From: Oscillospiraceae bacterium
Lineage (GTDB): Bacteria; Bacillota; Clostridia; Oscillospirales; CAG-272
Direction: 5' to 3'
Length of the DNA stretch: 64,000 nt
Assembly (NCBI GenBank): GCA_015063305.1
Contig: SVUJ01000002.1
Span: 67,388-131,387, forward strand
The translations under genes were made by a program, and so were the position numbers. Shown here piece by piece: positions 11,061-20,910 of this stretch; position 1 is the stretch's first letter, and every line of letters starts with the position of its first letter. Below the pieces are notes generated by a model. The model ran no database searches, was not told the origin of the DNA, and worked only from the letters and a program-made list of their open reading frames with translations.

Positions 11061-12098
11061 ATGAAGAAAAAAACAAAGGCAAAAAAGATAACTATAATAT
11101 GTACCGCTGTGGCGGCGCTTGTGGCGGCGGTCATACTCGTTGTGTCGGTGATAGCCGACAGAGCGACCGATCCTGTTGAGGGTGAGCCGGTCAGCTCACC
11201 AAGGCAGACCGAGAGTGGTGACAGAAAGACCTTTTTGCTTTTGGGTAAGGATAGAGCGTCGGGGCTCACCGACGTTATAATGCTGGTGTCTATCGACACC
11301 GATAGCAAGAGCGCTGCTGTGCTGCAGATACCGAGAGATACCTACGCGAGATATACCGATAAGTCATATAAAAAGCTCAACGGCGCTGTGTCGGCGCTTG
11401 GCGGAGCAGATAAGCTGTGCAGACTTATTTCGGACGCGGCGAATATCAAGATAGACGGCTACGTTGTTTTTGACCTTGACGTGGTGGTGAAGCTGGTCGA
11501 CTCTGTTGGCGGCGTCGAGATAGAGCTGCCGTTCGATATGGAATACAGCGACCCCTATCAGGGGCTTAATATCAAGTTCAAGGCGGGTAAGCAGACGCTT
11601 GACGGAGAGGCGGCTGAGAAATTTATCAGATATCGCTCGGGATACGTCAGGGGCGACCTTGGAAGGATAGACGCACAGAAAATGTTTATGGCGGCGTTTA
11701 TCGAGAAGGCGTATGAATCTATGACTCCGTCAACACTTCTCAAGCTGATAACCTCGGTTTTTGGAGATATAAAGACCGATATGTCGCTTTTTGAGATGAC
11801 CGAGATAGCGCTTACGGTGTTTGATATAGAGCTTGAAAATATCAATATGCTCACTCTCCCCGGGGAGGATATCCGCGCGGGTGAGTCGGGAGCTTGGTAT
11901 TACGTTATATCAAAGAGCGCGGCAGAGAAGGTATTTTCTAAGTATTTCGGCGCGCAAGCGGGAGAGTTTGACAGAGGGGGGATATTCGTTGACCCGAGCT
12001 CTGATGATTTTGTGAGGATATACGATTCTGATATCGAGATATATCCGTTAACAGTGTCGGACGTAATACAAAACGGCATAGAGATACAAAAAAGGTGA
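11061..12098 (+). CDS. LytR-CpsA-Psr (LCP) family cell-envelope phosphotransferase
   Basis: N-terminal TM segment, then FLLLGKDRASGLTDVIMLVSID...LQIPRDTY, which is typical of the LCP domain. Confidence 0.88.
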   Translation: MKKKTKAKKITIICTAVAALVAAVILVVSVIADRATDPVEGEPVSSPRQTESGDRKTFLLLGKDRASGLTDVIMLVSIDTDSKSAAVLQIPRDTYARYTDKSYKKLNGAVSALGGADKLCRLISDAANIKIDGYVVFDLDVVVKLVDSVGGVEIELPFDMEYSDPYQGLNIKFKAGKQTLDGEAAEKFIRYRSGYVRGDLGRIDAQKMFMAAFIEKAYESMTPSTLLKLITSVFGDIKTDMSLFEMTEIALTVFDIELENINMLTLPGEDIRAGESGAWYYVISKSAAEKVFSKYFGAQAGEFDRGGIFVDPSSDDFVRIYDSDIEIYPLTVSDVIQNGIEIQKR

Positions 12099-12104
12099 TT
12101 GATA

Positions 12105-12133
12105 TTGACAAAACGCGCGATATCGGTTAGAAT
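12105..12133 (+). promoter_or_regulatory. Sigma-A-type promoter for rsfS-leuS
   Basis: TTGACA (12105-12110), 17-nt spacer, TAGAAT (12128-12133). Confidence 0.55.
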
Positions 12134-12167
12134 ATAATATTGTAGTATTATTTGAAAGGAACAGACA

Positions 12168-12560
12168 ATGAAGGAAGAAGCTGTAAAGGAGATCTGCTCG
12201 CTTGAGGGGGCAACCGCTTTTGAAATTTCAAAGGCTATAGCCGAGGCGCTTGACGCAAAAAAGGGAAGAGATATAAAGATAATCCACGTCGAGGAAAAGA
12301 CGGTTATCGCCGAGTATTTCGTGCTTTGCACGGGTAACTCAAACACACAGGTAAAGGCGCTTGTGGGCGAGGTGGAATATAAGCTCAGAGAAAGAGGCGT
12401 TGAGCCTTACAATATAGAGGGCAGAGATAATAACTCCTGGATACTGATGGACTACAGCAACGTTATAGTTCACGTGTTCAGCAGAGAGGCAAGAGAGTTC
12501 TATAATCTTGATAAGCTCTATGGGGATTCCCAGACGACCTCTGTGTCCTCAGAGGACTAA
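12168..12560 (+). CDS. rsfS: Ribosome silencing factor RsfS (iojap-like)
   Basis: AEYFVLCTGNSNTQVKAL...WILMDYSNVIVHVF...FYNLDKLYGD matches the RsfS/YqeL family. Confidence 0.93.
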   Translation: MKEEAVKEICSLEGATAFEISKAIAEALDAKKGRDIKIIHVEEKTVIAEYFVLCTGNSNTQVKALVGEVEYKLRERGVEPYNIEGRDNNSWILMDYSNVIVHVFSREAREFYNLDKLYGDSQTTSVSSED

Positions 12561-12588
12561 TTCAGGCGAGAAAGGTTTGGAGATAAAA

Positions 12589-14991
12589 ATGAAGTATAAC
12601 TTTTTGGAGATCGAAAATAAATGGCAGAAGCGTTGGGAGGACGCGCACGTTTTTGAGGCGCAGGATCTTTCCGACAAGCCGAAGTTTTACGGACTTGTTG
12701 AGTTCCCCTATCCCTCGGGATCGGGAATGCACGTCGGTCATATAAAGGCGTATTCGGGACTTGAGGTGGTTTCGAGAAAGAGAAGGATGCAGGGATACAA
12801 CGTCCTTTTCCCCATAGGCTTTGACGCTTACGGTCTGCCTACCGAGAACACCGCGATAAAGACGGGTGTTCACCCCAGAGTGGTTACCGACAGAAATATC
12901 GAAAAGTTCACCTCTCAGCTCAAGAGAGTAGGATTTTCCTTCGACTGGAGCAGAGTTATCGATACCACAGAGGAGGAGTACTATCGCTGGACACAGTATA
13001 TATTCCTCAAGCTGTTTGAGAACGGAATGGCATATAGAGATACCGCGCTTGTAAATTACTGTCCCTCCTGTAAGGTCGTTCTCTCGAACGAGGACTCACA
13101 GGGCGGAAAGTGCGATATCTGCCACAGCGACATAATTCAGAAGTCCAAGGACGTTTGGTATCTCCGCATCACAAAGTATGCGGACAAGCTCCTCGAGGGA
13201 CTTGAAAAGGTAGATTACTTACCCAACGTAAAGCAGCAGCAGGTCAACTGGATAGGAAAGTCAACAGGAGCATTCGTGAACTTCAAGCTCGCGGGAACTG
13301 ACGAGCAGCTGCGCATATATACAACGAGATGCGACACACTCTTCGGAGTTACATTTATGGTAATCGCTCCCGAGCATCCGATAATCGAGAAGCTCGCGGA
13401 CAAGATAAACAATATGGACGCGCTCAAGGCATACCGCGAGGAGTGCGCTAAGAAGACCGAGTTTGAGAGAACTCAGCTCGTTAAGGAAAAGACGGGAGTT
13501 AAGATAGACGGACTTTCGGCTATAAATCCCGTTAACGGAAAAGAGATACCGATATTTATTGCCGACTACGTAATGATGGGCTACGGAACGGGCGCTATAA
13601 TGGCAGTTCCCGCGCACGACGACAGAGACTATGACTTCGCTAAGAAGTTTGGTATCGACATCATTCAGGTAATAAAGGGCGGAGATATCGGCGAGGGCGC
13701 TTACGCGGGTGACGGAGAGATGATAAACTCCGGCTTCCTTGACGGTATCGAAAACAAGAAGGATGCTATAGCGAAGATGCTCGACTTCCTTGGTGAGAAG
13801 GGAATCGGAGAAGAGGGCGTTCAGTATAAGATGAAGGACTGGGCGTTCAACCGTCAGAGATACTGGGGAGAGCCGATACCGATAGTTCACTGCGAAAGGT
13901 GCGGACTTGTTCCCGTACCCTATGAGGAGCTTCCCCTTCGCCTTCCCGAGGTCAAGGAATTCGCGCCCGGTGAGGGCGGAGAAAGTCCTCTGGCGAAGAT
14001 AGAGTCCTTCGTAAACTGCAAGTGTCCCAAGTGCGGTATGGATGCAAAGAGAGAGACCGACACTATGCCCCAGTGGGCAGGCTCGTCCTGGTACTTCCTG
14101 CGCTATATCGATCCCAAGTGCTCCACGGGCGTCGCGGACCGCGCAAAAATGGACTACTGGATGCCTGTTGACTGGTACAACGGCGGTATGGAGCACGTTA
14201 CAAGACATATGATATATTCCCGCTTCTGGCACAAGTTCCTCTATGACCTCGGAATAGTTCCCGGTGAAGAGCCCTACGCTAAGAGAACGGCTCAGGGACT
14301 TATCCTCGGTCCTGACGGAGAGAAGATGAGTAAGTCGCGTGGAAACGTAATAGACCCCAACGACGTTGTTGACACATACGGTGCTGACGTTCTCCGTACT
14401 TACGTCCTCTTTATGGGTGACTACGGAAGCGCCGCTCCCTGGTCGGATTCGAGTATGAAGGGCTGTAAGAGATTTATAGACCGCTTCGTTGACCTTTCCA
14501 CCATAGCAAAGGGAAGCGGAGTTACGCCCGAGCTTGAGGTGGCTATCAACAAGACCATCAAGAAGGTCTCAAACGATATCGAGGATCTTAAGTTCAACAC
14601 GGCGATAGCAGCTATGATGGGACTTCTCAACGATATCTTTGAGGTCGGAAGGCTGACTGTAGACGAGTTCAAGGCGCTTGTACGTCTGCTCTGTCCTATC
14701 GCGCCTCATATCTGTGAGGAGCTTTGGGAGCAGCTTGGCGAGAAGGGCTTCTGCTCGCTTGCTAAGTGGCCCGAATACGACGAGGCGAAGACGGTCGATT
14801 CAAGTGTTGAGATAGCTGTTCAGGTCAACGGTAAGCTTAAGGCTACTATCACGATACCGCTTAACTGCCCGAAGGACGACGCCATAGCTCTCGCTAAGGC
14901 AGACGAAAGAGTTGCCGCGGCCATCGAGGGCAAGACGATAGTTAAGGAAATAGCAGTTCCCAATAAGATAGTTAATATCGTTGTCAGATAA
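12589..14991 (+). CDS. leuS: Leucyl-tRNA synthetase
   Basis: MKYNFLEIENKWQKRW start, HIGH-type motif (PSGSGMHVGH) and KMSKS present. The start is placed after the rsfS stop; the track ORF extension (12508) overlaps rsfS. Confidence 0.97.
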   Translation: MKYNFLEIENKWQKRWEDAHVFEAQDLSDKPKFYGLVEFPYPSGSGMHVGHIKAYSGLEVVSRKRRMQGYNVLFPIGFDAYGLPTENTAIKTGVHPRVVTDRNIEKFTSQLKRVGFSFDWSRVIDTTEEEYYRWTQYIFLKLFENGMAYRDTALVNYCPSCKVVLSNEDSQGGKCDICHSDIIQKSKDVWYLRITKYADKLLEGLEKVDYLPNVKQQQVNWIGKSTGAFVNFKLAGTDEQLRIYTTRCDTLFGVTFMVIAPEHPIIEKLADKINNMDALKAYREECAKKTEFERTQLVKEKTGVKIDGLSAINPVNGKEIPIFIADYVMMGYGTGAIMAVPAHDDRDYDFAKKFGIDIIQVIKGGDIGEGAYAGDGEMINSGFLDGIENKKDAIAKMLDFLGEKGIGEEGVQYKMKDWAFNRQRYWGEPIPIVHCERCGLVPVPYEELPLRLPEVKEFAPGEGGESPLAKIESFVNCKCPKCGMDAKRETDTMPQWAGSSWYFLRYIDPKCSTGVADRAKMDYWMPVDWYNGGMEHVTRHMIYSRFWHKFLYDLGIVPGEEPYAKRTAQGLILGPDGEKMSKSRGNVIDPNDVVDTYGADVLRTYVLFMGDYGSAAPWSDSSMKGCKRFIDRFVDLSTIAKGSGVTPELEVAINKTIKKVSNDIEDLKFNTAIAAMMGLLNDIFEVGRLTVDEFKALVRLLCPIAPHICEELWEQLGEKGFCSLAKWPEYDEAKTVDSSVEIAVQVNGKLKATITIPLNCPKDDAIALAKADERVAAAIEGKTIVKEIAVPNKIVNIVVR

Positions 14992-15000
14992 TTATAGATC

Positions 15001-15036
15001 ATATAGCCACCTTATCAAAGGTGGCTATATAAATTT
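15001..15036 (+). terminator. Intrinsic terminator after leuS
   Basis: Perfect 12-bp stem atatagccacct/aggtggctatat with loop tatcaa, then a T-rich tail. Confidence 0.75.
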
Positions 15037-15038
15037 TC

Positions 15039-15067
15039 TTGACAAAATAGTTGCTTTGAGGTAAAAT
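15039..15067 (+). promoter_or_regulatory. Sigma-A-type promoter for the amino-acid permease gene
   Basis: TTGACA (15039-15044), 17-nt spacer, TAAAAT (15062-15067). Confidence 0.55.
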
Positions 15068-15119
15068 GTAATTAATATATCCAATTTCAGATATATAAAA
15101 TAAAGGACGGAGAATAATT

Positions 15120-16535
15120 ATGGAAAAATTGACAAGAAAATACGGTCTTCTTACCGCTATCTGTATGGTGGTGGGAACTGTTATCGGTTCGGGAGTCTTC
15201 TTCAAGGCTCAGAACGTGCTCGTCGCTACCGGCGGCAATATGCCTCTCGGCATCGCAGCTTGGGCTATCACGGGTCTTATTATGATAATCTGCTCTGCTC
15301 AGTTTGCGGTTATGTCCACAAAATATGAGCGAGTCAGCGGAGTAGTTGACTACGCAGAGGCGACCTGCGGTAAAAAGTACGCTTATTATCTGGCGTGGTT
15401 TATGGTAAATATCTATTATCCCGCTATGACCTCGGTTCTCGCTTGGGTATCTGCAAGATATTTCGGCGTTATCCTCGGTTGGGATATCACAGGTCCTCGC
15501 ACAATGGTGCTTGCGGGCTTCTTCCTCGTTTTCTCTTATGCTATCAACGCGCTCTCTCCCAAGATAGCGGGTAAATTCCAGATCGGAGCTACAGTTATAA
15601 AGCTTATTCCTATCGCGCTTATGGCGGTGGTAGGCTCTGTGGTCGGTCTTACTAACGGAGTTCTTACACAGAACTTCACCACGGTCGTTACAGAGGCTGT
15701 TGGCGGAACAATGGGCAGCGGACTCTTTGCGGCTATTATCGCTTCGGTATTTGCATACGAGGGCTGGATAGTTGCTACCTCGATAAATGCCGAGCTTAAG
15801 AACCCCAAGAAGAATCTTCCTATAGCGCTTGTTTTAGGCTCGTTTATCGTTACCCTAGCTTATATCCTCTACTATATAGGAGTTGCGGGCGGAGCTACTA
15901 ATGAGGTCCTTATGACCGAGGGAGCTACCGTTGCTTTCGGAAATATCTTTGGCGGTATCGGCGGCACGTTCCTTAGCATTTGTATCGTTATTTCCTGCCT
16001 TGGAACACTTAACGGTCTTATGCTCGCAACCACTCGCGGTATGTATGCTATAGCAGACCGCGACGAAGGACCTAAGCCCGAGATGTTCTCTCAGGTAGAT
16101 AAATCCACCAATATGACCACAAACTCGGCTGTATGGGGACTTTTCGTGTGCGCGGCTTGGCTGCTCTATTTCTATGGAGCTAACCTCTCGCCCGACGGCG
16201 GTTGGTTCGGTTTTTTCAACTTTGATTCCTCCGAGCTTCCCATAGTTACTATCTACGCTATCTATATACCTATGTTTATTATGTGGATGAAGAAGGAGAA
16301 GGAGCTTGGTGTCGTAAAGAGATTTGTCCTTCCGATACTGTCGATAGTAGCCTGTGCCTTCATGGTGTTCGCGGCGGTATACGCTCACGGCATTACTCCG
16401 TATAACACGGCGAAGGCAAACGGCGAATTTTCCTTCCCCGTGCTCTTCTACCTTATAGTTTTCGCTGTGATTATGCTTGCGGGCTTTTTCTGCTCGTCGG
16501 GCTTCAGAGCAAAATTCTCGAAAAAGAAAGACTAA
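15120..16535 (+). CDS. APC-superfamily amino acid permease
   Basis: 471 aa with about 12 hydrophobic segments. N-terminal VVGTVIGSGVFFK motif is typical of APC amino-acid transporters. Confidence 0.85.
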   Translation: MEKLTRKYGLLTAICMVVGTVIGSGVFFKAQNVLVATGGNMPLGIAAWAITGLIMIICSAQFAVMSTKYERVSGVVDYAEATCGKKYAYYLAWFMVNIYYPAMTSVLAWVSARYFGVILGWDITGPRTMVLAGFFLVFSYAINALSPKIAGKFQIGATVIKLIPIALMAVVGSVVGLTNGVLTQNFTTVVTEAVGGTMGSGLFAAIIASVFAYEGWIVATSINAELKNPKKNLPIALVLGSFIVTLAYILYYIGVAGGATNEVLMTEGATVAFGNIFGGIGGTFLSICIVISCLGTLNGLMLATTRGMYAIADRDEGPKPEMFSQVDKSTNMTTNSAVWGLFVCAAWLLYFYGANLSPDGGWFGFFNFDSSELPIVTIYAIYIPMFIMWMKKEKELGVVKRFVLPILSIVACAFMVFAAVYAHGITPYNTAKANGEFSFPVLFYLIVFAVIMLAGFFCSSGFRAKFSKKKD

Positions 16536-16551
16536 ATCCCAATAAAAACAA

Positions 16552-16584
16552 AATGCTTACGGCAAATATTTTGCCGTAAGCATT
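16552..16584. terminator. Bidirectional intrinsic terminator between the convergent permease and citrate synthase genes
   Basis: aatgcttacggcaaa / tttgccgtaagcatt perfect stem, flanked by an A-run and a T-run. Confidence 0.8.
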
Positions 16585-16595
16585 TTTATGTTTTA

Positions 16596-17963
16596 TTAGT
16601 TTCTCTCACTCAGCGGAACGTAGTCTGTAGGGTGCATGATAGCCTTGTATCCCGGGCGGATTATCTTCTTGGAGGTCTCAAATTCCTCAATTCTGTGAGC
16701 GCACCAGCCCGCTACGCGAGAGATGGCGAACAGGGGAGTGTACATCTCGGTGGGAATGCCGAGCATTCTGTAAACAAGACCCGAATAGAGATCAACGTTA
16801 GCGCAGATAACGCGGTCTGTACCCTTGAAGGAATTGAAGAGGCCGGGAGTTATTCTCTCGATAGACTCAAGCAGCTGGAAATCATCTCCGTAGCCCTTGT
16901 CGATAGCGAGCTTTTGCGCGTATTTCTTAAGCACCAGCGCTCTGGGGTCGGACTTGGTATATACCGCGTGACCCATACCGTATATAAGTCCCTTGCCGTC
17001 GCCCGCCTCCTTGTTGAGTATCTTGGTGAGAAATGCGGTTACCTCCTCATCGTCCTTGGTGTCCTTGATATTCGCCTTTATGCAGTCGAACATCTCCTGA
17101 ACCTTAATATTAGCCCCACCGTGAAGCGGACCCTTGAGCGAGCCGATAGCCGCGCTTATAGCCGAGTATGTATCTGTACCCGAGGAGGAAAGCACACGGC
17201 AGGAGAAGGTGGAGTTGTTACCGCCTCCGTGCTCGGCCTGAATTACCATACAAAGGTCGAGAAGCTTTGCTTCCTCTTCGGTAAACTGCTTGTTGGAACG
17301 GAGGATACGGAGAAAGTTCTGAGCCGTGCCGATATCGTCGTGCGCCATGTGAAGGTTAAGGCTCTTTCCAAAGTAAGCGCTGCGGTATATAGCGTAGGAC
17401 TGCGCCGCGATTATCGGAAGCTTTGCGATTATATCAACGCACTGTCTTAGCATATTCTCGAAGCTCGTGCCGTCGGGATTTTCGTCGTAGGAATACAGAG
17501 AAAGAACGCCGATAGCCATCTTATTCATAATAGACGTAGAGGGGACGTTTACGAGGACGTCCTGTGTAAAGCGGTGGGGAAGGTGACGGCGGCTTGAGAG
17601 TATCTGACAGAAATTATCAAGCTCGTATTTCGTTGGCAGCTTGCCGAACAAAAGAAGGTAGATGCACTCCTCAAAGCCGTATCTGTCCTCGGCAACAAAG
17701 CCCTCGATAAGCTGTGTCATATCGTATCCTCTGTACTCAAGCTTACCGTCAACGGGGGTTTTTTCTCCCTCGCTTATAACGTATCCGTGGGCGTTACCTA
17801 TCCTGGTAACACCTGCGGTAACGCCTGTGCCGTCTTTATCACGCAGACCTCTTTTTATTTTGTAGCTGTCAAAGGCGGTTGAGGGGAGAGTGTACGCCTC
17901 CTTAGCGGAATTAAACAAAAGGTTGAAATCTCCCGACTCGGGATTAGGTTTATTATATGTCAT
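16596..17963 (-). CDS. Citrate synthase (citrate/2-methylcitrate synthase family)
   Basis: 455 aa. Family motifs: AEHGGGNNSTF, GPLHGGAN, GMGHAVY and the C-terminal SRVAGWCAHRIEE. Confidence 0.92.
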   Translation of the reverse strand: MTYNKPNPESGDFNLLFNSAKEAYTLPSTAFDSYKIKRGLRDKDGTGVTAGVTRIGNAHGYVISEGEKTPVDGKLEYRGYDMTQLIEGFVAEDRYGFEECIYLLLFGKLPTKYELDNFCQILSSRRHLPHRFTQDVLVNVPSTSIMNKMAIGVLSLYSYDENPDGTSFENMLRQCVDIIAKLPIIAAQSYAIYRSAYFGKSLNLHMAHDDIGTAQNFLRILRSNKQFTEEEAKLLDLCMVIQAEHGGGNNSTFSCRVLSSSGTDTYSAISAAIGSLKGPLHGGANIKVQEMFDCIKANIKDTKDDEEVTAFLTKILNKEAGDGKGLIYGMGHAVYTKSDPRALVLKKYAQKLAIDKGYGDDFQLLESIERITPGLFNSFKGTDRVICANVDLYSGLVYRMLGIPTEMYTPLFAISRVAGWCAHRIEEFETSKKIIRPGYKAIMHPTDYVPLSERN

Positions 17964-18088
17964 ATGGATTACCTCACTATAGGGAACTGCTTCTGTAAAT
18001 TATAACATTTTGACGGAGAAAATTCAAGAGCGCTTTAGGTTAAAAGACAATAATTTACTTTTTGTTCATATTCTAAGATGGTGTAAGG

Positions 18089-19339
18089 TCATCTGCCAAT
18101 ATAACGACGCTTTTTTGAGATTTTTCTCTGTGGCGGGATAAATCCCCATATCATTACGGCAACAAAACGGATAGCGTTAGCGGCGAGAGAGGAATAAACG
18201 AAGCCGCGAAGTCCGTGAGCCGCCGTTGAGATTATGACTATTATAAAGAATTCGAGCGCATACGCGGCGTTGAAGAAAAACTGTTTTCTCTCTCCGCGGA
18301 AGCGAAGCAATATCACAAGAAGTATTCCAGAAACAAAATAGAACACCTGTCCGAGTATGGCAGGGGTGATATACGGAGATATAGAGGACTGTATATGAGG
18401 GTCGGGGTAAAGTATACCCAGAATAAACGGAGAGATCACGGCGCATACGGCAAATCCCGCCGCGCCGAGAGCAAGCGCGGCGGCAGACGCGATACCCCAG
18501 AGCTTTTTAGTGAGAGTACCCTTGTATTTTATAAGATAGCTTATTATAAGCGAATTCAGCGGTACGCTGAGCATAGCTATCACCTTGCCGAGAAGCGAGG
18601 CTATATAGTATATGGATACGGCATCTCCGCTCACGAAGAGCATCAAAAGAAGCCTGTCGGCGTTGAGGGTGAGGTTGTCTATAAGGGTTGAGAGGAGCAA
18701 AAAGCCCATACTCCCGCACACCAGAGAAAAATTTTTTGAGGGGATCAGGGCATTTTTTCTGAAGGTAGTACCCCATATCAGCACAAACAGGACGCTGAAC
18801 GCCTCTCCGATAATAAATGTAAACATCCACTGGTCGGTGAAGCTGTAGATAAATATGCCGATAATGTATCCAAGCGACACGGCTATATAAAAGAGCATAT
18901 AGCGCAGAAAGTCGCCGCGTATCTTGTACTCCGCGTCGCAATAATATCTGAGCGAGCTGAGAATTATAAGAAAAACGAAAAGCAGGGTAGGCAGGGCAGA
19001 TGAGATGCCTACGTATCTGAGATAGAAGACCCCCCCGATAGCGCACATAAGGGATAGCGTCAGCACTATCAGGTTATAGTCGCCGTTCGTGTATGCGATG
19101 TCTTTTTTTGTTGTAGTCACCATTCTCGAATAGTTGGCGGCAGAGCCGACCGTTCCCGAAAGTATAGCGACCACCGAAAGCACAGAGAGGGCGATACCGA
19201 ACTGCTCCGAGCCCATACCGCCCTCAAGCAGAGGGTAGATGGCAAACTGAATTACCATGTTAAAAACGGCGGTCGCGCAGATGCTCATAAGAAGGTCTGC
19301 TATTTTCTTTTTATTGTTTTTAAAGATATTACCTATCAC
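18089..19339 (-). CDS. Polytopic membrane protein, Wzx/MOP-type oligosaccharide flippase-like
   Basis: 416 aa with 10 or more hydrophobic segments. The N-terminus resembles polysaccharide-biosynthesis flippases. GTG start with RBS gaggggg. No adjacent glycosyltransferases. Confidence 0.6.
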   Translation of the reverse strand: MIGNIFKNNKKKIADLLMSICATAVFNMVIQFAIYPLLEGGMGSEQFGIALSVLSVVAILSGTVGSAANYSRMVTTTKKDIAYTNGDYNLIVLTLSLMCAIGGVFYLRYVGISSALPTLLFVFLIILSSLRYYCDAEYKIRGDFLRYMLFYIAVSLGYIIGIFIYSFTDQWMFTFIIGEAFSVLFVLIWGTTFRKNALIPSKNFSLVCGSMGFLLLSTLIDNLTLNADRLLLMLFVSGDAVSIYYIASLLGKVIAMLSVPLNSLIISYLIKYKGTLTKKLWGIASAAALALGAAGFAVCAVISPFILGILYPDPHIQSSISPYITPAILGQVFYFVSGILLVILLRFRGERKQFFFNAAYALEFFIIVIISTAAHGLRGFVYSSLAANAIRFVAVMIWGFIPPQRKISKKRRYIGR

Positions 19340-19526
19340 CCTGCAATTCCCCCTCTGTGTATATCACTTATTATAGTGTTTATAGATGCAAAATAAACCA
19401 ATTTGAAGGAAATATTGCAAATAGAGTTAAGAAGAGAGTGAGAAAACTTGATTTTTTCTTTGATGTGTGGTAAAATATTTAATATTATGAAATGCGGTTC
19501 GCAGATAAAACGGTATGAGGCTTAAA

Positions 19527-20234
19527 ATGGACGAGAGATTTGAAAGAGAAAGAATGCTTATCGGTGACGAGGCGCTGGAACGCCTTCGCGGGGCGAAGGT
19601 CGCCTTGTTCGGTGTCGGCGGCGTGGGAAGCGCCGCGGCTGAGGCGCTCGCGCGCGGCGGGGTAGGAAATATAGACCTTATCGACAATGATACGGTAAAC
19701 GTCACCAATATAAACCGTCAGCTCTGCGCGCTTGATTCTACTTTGGGACAGCTCAAGGCAGAGGCGGTCGCGCAGAGGCTCAGAGATATATCTCCCGATA
19801 TAAACGTCAGAGTTTTCCCGATATTTTTTATGCCCGACGTTGAGTTCGACCTCTCGGGGTATGACTATATAATAGACGCGATAGATACCGTTACGGCGAA
19901 GATAGAGCTTGCGCTGAGGGCAAAGGCGGCGGGTGTGCCTATGATAAGCTGTATGGGAACGGGTAACAAGCTCGACCCTACAGCGCTTACGGTAGAGGAT
20001 CTCGCAAAGACCACGGTGTGTCCGCTCGCGCGGGTTATGCGCCGAGAATTAAAGCAGAGGGGCGTCACACATCTTAAGGTCGTTTATTCTAAGGAAGAAC
20101 CGATAAAATCGGTGACAGCTCAGGGTGGAAAGGCAACACCTGCAAGTATTTCCTTCGTGCCGCCCGTTGCGGGATTTATTGCCGCAGGCGAGGCTATACG
20201 CGATATAATAGGTATTCAGAGAGGTAGACAGTAA
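19527..20234 (+). CDS. tcdA: tRNA threonylcarbamoyladenosine dehydratase (ThiF/E1-like, TcdA)
   Basis: MDERFERERMLIG...VALFGVGGVGSAAAEALARGGVG..DLIDNDTVNVTNINRQ, an E1-like Rossmann fold. RBS gagg lies 6 nt before the 19527 ATG. Confidence 0.88.
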   Translation: MDERFERERMLIGDEALERLRGAKVALFGVGGVGSAAAEALARGGVGNIDLIDNDTVNVTNINRQLCALDSTLGQLKAEAVAQRLRDISPDINVRVFPIFFMPDVEFDLSGYDYIIDAIDTVTAKIELALRAKAAGVPMISCMGTGNKLDPTALTVEDLAKTTVCPLARVMRRELKQRGVTHLKVVYSKEEPIKSVTAQGGKATPASISFVPPVAGFIAAGEAIRDIIGIQRGRQ

Positions 20235-20824
20235 TGGTAAAGATAAAATGGCGCGGAGGCGCGCTGATAGCTCCCGTACCGCCCGTTATGGTGAGCTGCG
20301 GAACTATGGAGAAGTCGAATATAATAACCGTCGCGTGGACGGGAATAATAAATACCGTTCCGCCCAAGACATATATCTCTGTCCGTCCGAGCAGATATTC
20401 CTATGATCTCATAAAGGAGAGCGGCGAGTTTGTGATAAATCTCACCACGGCTGACCTTATAAAAAAGGCGGACTACTGCGGTATATACACGGGGGCAAAG
20501 GTCGATAAGTTTGAAAAGTGTGGATTTGAGAAGGAGCAGGGCAGCGAGGTGTCCTGTCCGCTTATAGCGCAGAGCCCGCTTTCTCTTGAGTGCAAGGTAA
20601 CCGATATCGTCGAGCTTGGCTCACACCACATGTTTATGGCGGATATCGTTGCGGTGGACGTTGACGAGGATCTTGTGGACGCTAAGGGCAAGCTTCACCT
20701 TGACCGCGCGGGTCTTGCCGCTTTTGCGCACGGCGAATACTTCGAGCTTGGCAAAAAGCTGGGATATTTCGGTTTTTCGGCGGCTAAAAAGACAAAGAAA
20801 CCACAGAAAAAGAACTCAAAATGA
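20234..20824 (+). CDS. Flavin reductase-like FMN-binding domain protein
   Basis: NIITVAWTGIINTVPP...FVINL...CGIYTGAKVDKF pattern of the flavin-reductase family. TAATG stop/start overlap with tcdA. Confidence 0.82.
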   Translation: MVKIKWRGGALIAPVPPVMVSCGTMEKSNIITVAWTGIINTVPPKTYISVRPSRYSYDLIKESGEFVINLTTADLIKKADYCGIYTGAKVDKFEKCGFEKEQGSEVSCPLIAQSPLSLECKVTDIVELGSHHMFMADIVAVDVDEDLVDAKGKLHLDRAGLAAFAHGEYFELGKKLGYFGFSAAKKTKKPQKKNSK

Positions 20825-20910
20825 AAAATGTTTACAAATAAGTGTTTTATTGATAATAATAAAGAGTTATCATATTAGTATGAGAAATTGTTTTTTGTGA
20901 GAGGCTGACT

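Noticed and set aside
12508-12588. N-terminal extensions offered by the ORF track. Examples are leuS from 12508, rnc from 2369, rdgB from 8776, hup from 60665, the symporter from 47188, DJ-1 from 27633, relA from 52738 and GT2 from 43584.
   Set aside because: The extensions overlap the preceding gene or lack an RBS. In each case an internal start with a proper Shine-Dalgarno and a homologue-like N-terminus exists.
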